Source: a virus. From it: a DNA stretch of 12,995 nt. Numbering within the stretch: the first letter of the stretch is position 1; each line of letters starts with the position of its first letter. The notes below the pieces were generated by a model. The model made no database searches and was not told the origin of the DNA. It saw nothing but the letters and a program-made list of their open reading frames with translations. Made by a program: the position numbers and the translations under genes. Location: positions 1 to 12,995 of the IMG/VR virus record IMGVR_UViG_3300022561_000567, one strand, 5' to 3'. Positions 1-4,424 of this stretch are shown piece after piece.

Positions 1-127
1 TTAGTACCGGGCCGTGGATATATTGATATATGGACAGCTCAAAACCGTATATTGACCTGACCACATACCAACATAACCACAACCCCTACAGGCTACGATT
101 TTTATAATTTTCCCAAGAACTGGGGAA
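1..127. repeat. Terminal direct repeat, copy 1 (identical to 12869-12995)
   Basis: I aligned the two window ends by hand. ttagtaccgggccgtggatatattgat...cccaagaactggggaa occurs at 1-127 and again at 12869-12995 with no mismatch. The repeat runs to the last base of the window, as expected for a circular contig overlap or a direct terminal repeat. Confidence 0.95.
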
Positions 128-170
128 CGTTTTTGTTATCTCCAATAGGTAAATATGTTCAAATAAGGTA

Positions 171-192
171 TTGACTATCAATCTAGTATAAT
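171..192 (+). promoter_or_regulatory. Possible promoter for the large non-coding transcript
   Basis: TTGACT at 171-176 and a perfect TATAAT at 187-192 lie in an AT-rich tract just before the GC-richer structured region. The two hexamers are only 10 nt apart, so they cannot both belong to one canonical sigma-70 promoter. The -10 is the stronger element. Confidence 0.35.
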
Positions 193-640
193 GATAGGTC
201 CAGGTGGTGAGTGTAGCAGAGGAAGCCCTGCCCTGTCTAAGTTTGCAGGGCAATTAGGCTTATTTCGGTCCAGTATGGAGCCGCTCGCTTTCGTTGCTTG
301 TACACGTTATCCCTCTCGGTCTGGCATTATGGGTATGGTATCAAACCATGAACGTGTCTGCCTCATCTGCCGCTTGCATTTGCGGCATCCCAGGACGGTT
401 TTTCTCCTAGTGCATGCCCAGGAGATCACTTCAGGAGTCGCACCTGAAGGCATCGAGAAAACTAATATCCTTTTAACGGATGAGCCTCCACTGATGAACG
501 CGGAGCAAGATTCGGCGTCTCTTATGCCCTTCAGGGCATTAAAAAAAGACACCCAGCGAAATTCTTCCAATCGCTGTTTGTCCTACTGTCTGTTCTATTT
601 ATCAACCTATAACTAAATATATCACAATATTAGTTATTTT
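193..640 (+). ncRNA. Large structured RNA candidate, class unknown
   Basis: The segment is visibly GC-richer than its flanks. The overlapping ORFs 191-616 (+) and 307-570 (-) have no Shine-Dalgarno and give Cys/Arg/Ser-rich, non-protein-like translations. Hand folding finds many local helices: 223-227/257-261 with 231-235/246-250, 302-308/351-357 closing a multiloop, 368-373/382-387, 429-435/443-449, 524-529/534-539 and 554-559/571-576. A possible end-closing helix is 194-199/605-610, with 214-220 pairing to 589-597. An AT-only hairpin (ATAACTAA 609-616 / TTAGTTAT 630-637) followed by TTTTTAT could be a weak 3' end. Strand is assigned from the plus-oriented terminators downstream. Confidence 0.5.
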
Positions 641-644
641 TATC

Positions 645-674
645 TTGATTTTCACACCAAGAATGAGGTAAAAT
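645..674 (+). promoter_or_regulatory. Possible sigma-70-like promoter for a short RNA
   Basis: TTGATT (645-650), an 18-nt spacer, then TAAAAT (669-674). It lies about 50 nt upstream of a strong plus-strand terminator, with no ORF in between. Confidence 0.35.
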
Positions 675-680
675 ACATGT

Positions 681-765
681 AAGTATCCAACCTTGCTGAT
701 TGCGTAGAACAGTCAGTGGGACGCACCTCTGAACGGCTTGCCGGCTGTTCAGGGGTTTTTACTTT
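681..765 (+). ncRNA. Small RNA candidate of about 85 nt, or the 3' tail of the large RNA
   Basis: It sits between the putative promoter at 645-674 and the terminator at 726-765. It has an internal hairpin, ctgatt/agtcag, around 696-716. There is no start codon with an RBS. Confidence 0.3.
726..765 (+). terminator. Rho-independent terminator, plus strand
   Basis: A 12-bp stem pairs cctctgaacggc (726-737) with gctgttcagggg (744-755), including two G-U pairs, around the 6-nt loop ttgccg. It is followed by TTTTT (756-760) and cTTTTT. The reverse complement has no T-run, so it works in the plus direction only. Confidence 0.85.
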
Positions 766-873
766 TTATTTGATTAATAGCATATTTCTCCATAAAATTA
801 TTAATTCCTCTAAATAAAACAAAAATTTATAAAATATTGGGGAAGCCGTACCCCTCCATCACATAGACGAAGG

Positions 874-1305
874 CTAATCAAACAACTTTCCCCACCACGA
901 CTTTGGCTTTATATCGTTTTTAATATTTAATAACCGGAGTCTTTCATCCACCATTTTGTAATGCTCATTCAGCATTACGTCTTGCTTGTCCAGTTTTTCA
1001 TTAAGCACTTGAACTTGCTCTTTAAGTGGCTGCAACTCAGCCTGTACGGCACTAGTTACCGCACTTGCTATAGTGCGCGCCATAGCCTGTTCTAGCTCCG
1101 CCACGCTCACTGAGCGCGTTACTGGAATAACTTCAATATCTTGCATAGCCTTGTTGATCGTTTCTGCAGGGATCATCCACTGTAATCCGTAATCGCCAAT
1201 CTGTTTCTCAGCTTCAATTTCTTTTGACTTTATGCGTCTGCGTATAGTATCCTTTGAAACCTTCAATAAATCCGCACACTGTTCGATTGTGAGCCATTCA
1301 GCCAT
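874..1305 (-). CDS. Excisionase-type (HTH_17 / MerR superfamily) DNA-binding protein with a C-terminal coiled coil
   Basis: 143-aa ORF. The N-terminus, LTIEQCADLLKVSKDTIRRRIKSKEIEAEK, is the typical excisionase-family helix-turn-helix. The C-terminal half is heptad-like (LQPLKEQVQVLNEKLDKQDVMLNEHYKMVDERLRLL). A GGAGGT RBS lies 6 nt upstream of the ATG at 1305. Confidence 0.8.
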   Translation of the reverse strand: MAEWLTIEQCADLLKVSKDTIRRRIKSKEIEAEKQIGDYGLQWMIPAETINKAMQDIEVIPVTRSVSVAELEQAMARTIASAVTSAVQAELQPLKEQVQVLNEKLDKQDVMLNEHYKMVDERLRLLNIKNDIKPKSWWGKLFD

Positions 1306-1455
1306 GCTATAACCTCCACACGTTGCTTATATGTAATGCCTTATGATATTGCCATTCGGCACGATGATTATAAATCCTGCCAGTCGTGGCGGTAAAAAGG
1401 TGAAATATTAAAAAGTCTGCATAGGGTATCCCTATAATATTGCATAATGCACATG

Positions 1456-1482
1456 AAAAAAGCAGGGGTATTGGTCCCCTGC
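1456..1482 (-). terminator. Rho-independent terminator for the 2218-to-1504 operon
   Basis: On the minus strand, GCAGGGG accaata CCCCTGC (plus-strand arms 1462-1468/1476-1482) is followed by TTTTTT (plus-strand A-run 1456-1461). It lies directly downstream of the ORF ending at 1504. Confidence 0.75.
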
Positions 1483-1503
1483 AGGGCTGTTATTATTATT
1501 GTT

Positions 1504-1812
1504 CTATCGAACCGAACCGACAAAGTCCACTGTGGAAGATAATGTGTATTTTATTATTCTATTAACCGTACCCTCAAAACTAAGATCCAATTTTTTAGCT
1601 AAAACATCAATTTTAGCTATTAATTCAGCATCATCAATTGTTACAATCAAATCAACACTATCCATAATACACGCCCCTATTTTATTTATTTTGCATAATG
1701 CGACACAATTTGATAAAATAAGTGTATCGCAAGTTCCTGATTCGATCTTGCTGCAATCCCTGGCTCGTTCGCTATTAGTAGTAGTGAGCGGGCTTTTATT
1801 TATTTGTCCCAT
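1504..1812 (-). CDS. Ribbon-helix-helix (CopG/Arc-like) domain protein; start uncertain
   Basis: The C-terminal 50 aa, DLIVTIDDAELIAKIDVLAKKLDLSFEGTVNRIIKYTL, fit the strand-helix-helix pattern of RHH regulators. The long form starts at 1812 and overlaps the upstream stop, with a weak RBS. The internal ATG at 1665 has an AGGGG RBS 8 nt upstream and would give a 53-aa stand-alone RHH protein. The overlapping plus-strand ORF 1499-1822 looks spurious. Confidence 0.6.
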   Translation of the reverse strand: MGQINKSPLTTTNSERARDCSKIESGTCDTLILSNCVALCKINKIGACIMDSVDLIVTIDDAELIAKIDVLAKKLDLSFEGTVNRIIKYTLSSTVDFVGSVR

Positions 1813-2021
1813 TCTCGTTTAATAACTTCATGCGCATGGCAACTTACTAACCATTGCCCCTCAAGGCTCTTTATGACCACCATGAATCGTTCATCAGCAT
1901 CGATACTACTTTCAGTTACTACCATTCCTTTTGGTGGCACGCTCATTGATCCCCTGCAAGCAACAACCGTCATAACGACACTTTTTTCTTCTATTCCGAT
2001 ATTACACGTCCATTTACTCAT
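1800..2021 (-). CDS. Hypothetical protein, 73 aa
   Basis: The ORF is coupled to the upstream gene by an ATGA start/stop overlap at 2018-2021, and its own end overlaps the next ORF. I recognise no motif. Confidence 0.5.
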   Translation of the reverse strand: MSKWTCNIGIEEKSVVMTVVACRGSMSVPPKGMVVTESSIDADERFMVVIKSLEGQWLVSCHAHEVIKREWDK

Positions 2022-2218
2022 TGGTCGGCAGCTCCTTTTTTGGCCTTGCGAAGTTTTTCAACAGCTTCCTCGCTAAATAAGTAATTACGACTACCGGCTT
2101 CGCGCATTTCAGAATCATTAAGTTCTAGCTTGCGTGCCAGTTTAATTACATAAGAAGCATTTAATTTAAGGTCCTCAGCAACTTCACGAGTAATAAAAAC
2201 TGTTTTGACGTCTGACAT
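2018..2218 (-). CDS. Small MerR-like HTH DNA-binding protein, 66 aa
   Basis: The ORF track extends to 2266. The ATG at 2218 is preceded by AGGAGGTGG about 5 nt upstream and lies downstream of a near-consensus promoter, so I use 2218. The HTH-like segment TREVAEDLKLNASYVIKLARKL is followed by SRNYLFSEEAVEKL, which is typical of MerR-superfamily wings. Confidence 0.7.
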   Translation of the reverse strand: MSDVKTVFITREVAEDLKLNASYVIKLARKLELNDSEMREAGSRNYLFSEEAVEKLRKAKKGAADQ

Positions 2219-2237
2219 TAATCCACCTCCTGAGATA

Positions 2238-2266
2238 ATAATACTACGTTCGTTGTCGAATGTCAA
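2238..2266 (-). promoter_or_regulatory. Near-consensus sigma-70 promoter for the HTH operon, with an overlapping palindromic operator
   Basis: On the minus strand, TTGACA (plus 2261-2266), a 17-nt spacer, then TATTAT (plus 2238-2243). The perfect 10-bp palindrome AAACATGTTT (2265-2274) overlaps the -35. Confidence 0.7.
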
Positions 2267-2305
2267 ACATGTTTATAATAATATGTTTAAGGCTTTTTTA
2301 CGTCT

Positions 2306-2395
2306 GATAATAGAAACTTATCGGAAATATAATCGCGATTTTCGTGCATTTCAAATTAACGATAATAGAAACTTATGGATAACTAGAAACTAAAT
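2306..2395. repeat. Direct repeats GATAATAGAAACTTAT, two perfect copies plus one degenerate copy, in a divergent control region
   Basis: Identical 16-mers lie at 2306-2321 and 2361-2376, 55 bp apart. A third copy with a one-base insertion (gataaCtagaaact) lies at 2378-2392. All sit between the divergent genes starting at 2218 (-) and 2646 (+). Confidence 0.55.
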
Positions 2396-2520
2396 TAACA
2401 TAGCAAAAAATATCTACAGTTCACTCCCTGCAGGGATGTGCTCAACCTACCCTCTAACCTCCACACTTCGCCGCTACGCCATTTTATTATATAAGTAATA
2501 CATTTATACAACCTATGTAA

Positions 2521-2576
2521 TATATAAAGTGCTGGTCCTATCTTTAGGACTTCATCAGCACTTTATATATTTTTTT
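2521..2576 (+). terminator. Long hairpin plus T-run upstream of the MazF-like gene (terminator or attenuator)
   Basis: The outer stem pairs tatataaagtgctg (2521-2534) with cagcactttatata (2556-2569). The inner stem is gtccta/taggac (2535-2540/2545-2550), with a 5-nt bulge. It is followed by TTTTTTT (2570-2576). There is no T-run on the opposite strand. Confidence 0.55.
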
Positions 2577-2645
2577 CATTAAAAAGAAGGAAATAACTGG
2601 TTATCGTCTAATAATTTATCTGATTAATAGAAAAGAGGTATTGCA

Positions 2646-3257
2646 ATGTCTGACGAAATAGAATCAGTAGAAGTTCAAACCGCATTGGACGAAATCCAAA
2701 ATAGTCTTGAAGATTTAAAGCAGACTGTCATTATTAAGAATAAAAACCAAAACATTTGGCTAAAAAAAATGGAACATGGCCTAAAGATTATTAAATGGTC
2801 TAAAGAAAAATATAGGATGCAATTTATAGCTCCACCTCAATATGTTTTTCAGCGCGATATTTTCTATTGTCACTTAGGGGTAAATATAGGGCAAGAGGAG
2901 TATTGGGATAGGCCTGTCGTTGTATTGCAAAATGACTTAGGAAATAAAAGCTCCACTACTACAATTATCGCTCCAATTACAACTTGCGAGGGCAGCACTT
3001 TAAAAGAATTAAATGGGGAATGGTTTTTAGACTCGCTTGAATTGGACGGAACAACAAAAAGCAGAAAACTATATTACTTTGAAATCTGCGTAGAATTAGA
3101 ACCTAATTTTAAAAAAGAAATTAAAGGTATTATAAATTTAGCTCAAATAAGAGTCATAAGTAAAAAAAGGCTTATATCTCCTGATGTAGCTAAAATCACA
3201 GTCGGCACGAAAAATAAGATAAACCAATCATTAAAGCGACTTTTAAATATATGTTAA
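2646..3257 (+). CDS. PemK/MazF-family endoribonuclease toxin homologue with an N-terminal extension of about 60 aa
   Basis: 203-aa ORF with an AAAGAGG RBS 7 nt upstream. Residues 70-113, RDIFYCHLGVNIGQEEYWDRPVVVLQNDLGNKSSTTTIIAPIT, closely parallel the Bacillus MazF/NdoA core [43 protein letters not shown]. The C-terminal LAQIRVISKKRL matches LEQIRTIDKQRL. The first 25 residues hold 8 Asp/Glu and look helical. Confidence 0.85.
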   Translation: MSDEIESVEVQTALDEIQNSLEDLKQTVIIKNKNQNIWLKKMEHGLKIIKWSKEKYRMQFIAPPQYVFQRDIFYCHLGVNIGQEEYWDRPVVVLQNDLGNKSSTTTIIAPITTCEGSTLKELNGEWFLDSLELDGTTKSRKLYYFEICVELEPNFKKEIKGIINLAQIRVISKKRLISPDVAKITVGTKNKINQSLKRLLNIC

Positions 3258-3304
3258 AAAAAACCATTGCGCTAGATTGACACCTAGTCTATACTTAAGT
3301 CAAT

Positions 3305-3488
3305 ACAACATTTAGCGTTCGGTACTTTGTACAGAACAAACGGACAACTTTGAGCGGCCAGCATTTTATGCTGGCCAAACGTATAATATCTTTGATAATT
3401 GGGGCATATAATATAAAAACAACTTTTAGCGTCTTAGTTTTTACTAAGACAATAGCCAACTTTTAGCGGCCAGCATCTTATGCTGGCC
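3305..3488 (+). repeat. Four units of a conserved 12-13-mer, (A/C)CAAC(A/T)TT(T/G)AGCG, each followed by a 20-21-nt hairpin
   Basis: Unit 1 is acaacatttagcg (3305-3317) with hairpin 3317-3337 (gttcggtac ttt gtacagaac). Unit 2 is acaactttgagcg (3344-3356) with hairpin 3356-3376 (ggccagcat ttt atgctggcc). Unit 3 is acaacttttagcg (3419-3431) with hairpin 3431-3450 (gtcttagt tttt actaagac). Unit 4 is ccaacttttagcg (3456-3468) with hairpin 3468-3488 (ggccagcat ctt atgctggcc). The stem sequences differ between units but pairing is kept. Two TATAAT boxes (3382-3387 and 3407-3412) separate the two pairs of units. Confidence 0.7.
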
Positions 3489-3524
3489 ATTTACTTTACC
3501 CATTTTTTTTTAATACTTAATAAC

Positions 3525-3552
3525 AAAAAAAAGCCCTGACAATATCGTCAAG
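3525..3552 (-). terminator. Probable rho-independent terminator, minus strand
   Basis: On the minus strand, CTTGAC gatatt GTCAGG (6 bp including one G-U pair), then GC, then TTTTTTTT (plus-strand A-run 3525-3532). Confidence 0.5.
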
Positions 3553-3658
3553 ACTTTATCAGCACAACATATATAATTTTGCTAAGACAATAAAGCACGA
3601 TTGCAATGTCAATAATTATAAAAGTCATGCACGCCTGGTACATCAATAGCAATTCCAC
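3548..3658 (-). CDS. Possible 36-aa hydrophobic peptide (type I toxin-like or holin-like); not in the ORF track
   Basis: I translated this by hand. A GTG at 3658 lies 5 nt after GAGGTG. The product is (M)ELLLMYQACMTFIIIDIAIVLYCLSKIIYVVLIKS, with the stop at 3548-3550 inside the terminator hairpin. In-frame ATGs at 3643 and 3628 would give 31-aa and 26-aa forms. It is short enough to be a chance ORF. Confidence 0.3.
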   Translation of the reverse strand: MELLLMYQACMTFIIIDIAIVLYCLSKIIYVVLIKS

Positions 3659-3705
3659 GCTCTCACCTCATGGCTATTATTGCCATAAATAAGGTATTAA
3701 AATCA

Positions 3706-3900
3706 ATTTGGCGGATGGGACGGATTGGACGGAATTTCAATAAACTCTCTATATATACTATTCTCTCATGATGGTTTTACTATTATTATGTCCATTCCGT
3801 CAAAAAAAGAAATATAAAACAGTATAAAGCCATAGCACGTAAGGGTTTTCGGCATTTGGCGGAAGGGTAAAAAAAGGCGTTTATCCGCCTATTCCGCCAA
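3706..3900. repeat. Cluster of GG(C/A)CGGA(A/T) repeats: three in tandem, plus dispersed direct and inverted copies
   Basis: The tandem run is tggcggat / gggacggat / tggacggaa at 3709-3734. An inverted partner, gtccattccgtc, lies at 3790-3801. The 10-mer ATTTGGCGGA recurs at 3706-3715 and 3854-3863. An inverted TTGGCGGAAT lies at 3891-3900. Confidence 0.55.
3868..3890 (-). terminator. Weak terminator overlapping the stop codon of the 94-aa gene
   Basis: On the minus strand, AGGCG gataaa CGCCT (a 5-bp stem) is followed by TTTTTT. The short stem means low confidence. Confidence 0.4.
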
Positions 3901-4173
3901 TATTTTCTGTTCTTCGTCTTGAAAAAATGTAATTACCTTTTGAATTTTTAATTTCAGGCAATCAACTTCGTCGGTATTTTTATTGAGTTCAAATGCTTGC
4001 ATAGCTGATACTATTATTTTTTCCTTATCATCTAACCTTCCCCATAATTCTATAAATTTAATATGATCATTTTCTTCAGTAGCTTTAGATAAATCACCAC
4101 ATATTTTACATATATTATCTACAAACTCTTGATCCTTGCTAAACAGATCTACCCATTCATACATTTGAATCAT
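3889..4173 (-). CDS. Hypothetical acidic helical protein, 94 aa
   Basis: The ORF has an AGGGGGA RBS 7 nt upstream of the ATG at 4173. The sequence is rich in D/E/K and looks helical. I recognise no motif. It is convergent with the MazF-like gene. Confidence 0.6.
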   Translation of the reverse strand: MIQMYEWVDLFSKDQEFVDNICKICGDLSKATEENDHIKFIELWGRLDDKEKIIVSAMQAFELNKNTDEVDCLKLKIQKVITFFQDEEQKILAE

Positions 4174-4224
4174 TTATTAATCCCCCTATAAATTATTTGC
4201 AAAAACTAATTTTTTATATTTGAT

Positions 4225-4257
4225 ATTCCCTGGCGAAATGTTTTCTATGCAGGGAAT
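4225..4257. promoter_or_regulatory. 8-bp inverted repeat upstream of the 94-aa gene (operator or RNA hairpin)
   Basis: ATTCCCTG (4225-4232) and CAGGGAAT (4250-4257) are separated by 17 nt. The repeat lies about 50-80 nt upstream of the start at 4173. Confidence 0.35.
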
Positions 4258-4380
4258 TTTCATTGTGCCTGTTTGAAATACGCACTTAGGAGTTGACGCT
4301 TTTAGCTCTCAACTCGTGATAATGTTTTGCCATTCGCGGCCGCTCTTTGAACCTTCGGTTATTCCCTATTGGTGAAAATA

Positions 4381-4414
4381 AAAAGAACCTACTAAATTTA
4401 AAGTAGGTTCTTTT
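4381..4414 (-). terminator. Strong bidirectional rho-independent terminator after the tape-measure gene
   Basis: A 13-bp perfect stem pairs aaaagaacctact (4381-4393) with agtaggttctttt (4402-4414) around an 8-nt loop. It is flanked by an A-run on one side and a T-run on the other, so it has a U-tract on both strands. It lies 11 nt downstream of the stop at 4425. Confidence 0.85.
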
Positions 4415-4424
4415 TATTTATTAT

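Noticed and set aside
1-127. The 127-bp terminal repeats as attL/attR or LTR-like boundaries of an integrated element
   Set aside because: The repeat reaches the very ends of the window with no flanking host sequence, there is no integrase, and the length equals a common assembler k-mer. A circular-contig overlap or DTR is the simpler reading. It cannot be fully excluded without the reads.
218-273. Resemblance to RNase P RNA conserved regions: GAGGAAGCC resembles GAGGAAAGUCC, and GGCUUAUUUCGGUCCAG resembles GGCUUAUCGGUCAG. AAGCC/GGCUU pair like helix P4.
   Set aside because: The two elements are only about 30 nt apart and form a simple hairpin, not a long-range pseudoknot. The bulged U of P4 is missing. 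The GGUCCAG copies at 197-203 and 267-273 are direct repeats, so no P1 can form. None of the other conserved RNase P regions is visible. This is probably coincidence, although a covariance-model scan would settle it.
191-616. Plus-strand ORF of 141 aa and the overlapping minus-strand ORF 307-570 (87 aa) as protein-coding genes
   Set aside because: Neither start has a Shine-Dalgarno sequence. The translations are Cys/Arg/Ser/Pro-rich with no protein-like pattern. Two long frames open on opposite strands are expected by chance in a locally GC-richer segment. The region folds into many hairpins, so it is treated as RNA.
874-1305. Calling the 143-aa HTH_17 protein a true excisionase
   Set aside because: The HTH is of the excisionase/MerR type. 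However, there is no integrase for it to partner with, and it has a long coiled-coil tail. It is annotated only as a DNA-binding protein.
1499-2393. Plus-strand ORFs 1499-1822, 1804-2076 and 2205-2393
   Set aside because: They are antisense to the coupled minus-strand operon, which has a strong promoter, RBSs and a terminator. ORF 2205-2393 runs through the promoter/operator region. None has an RBS.
3305-3488. CRISPR array or solitary CRISPR-repeat mimic, suggested by the hairpin-plus-conserved-handle units
   Set aside because: The hairpin sequences differ between units, the spacing is irregular (39, 75 and 37 nt), and no cas genes are present. It is kept as an unexplained structured repeat instead.
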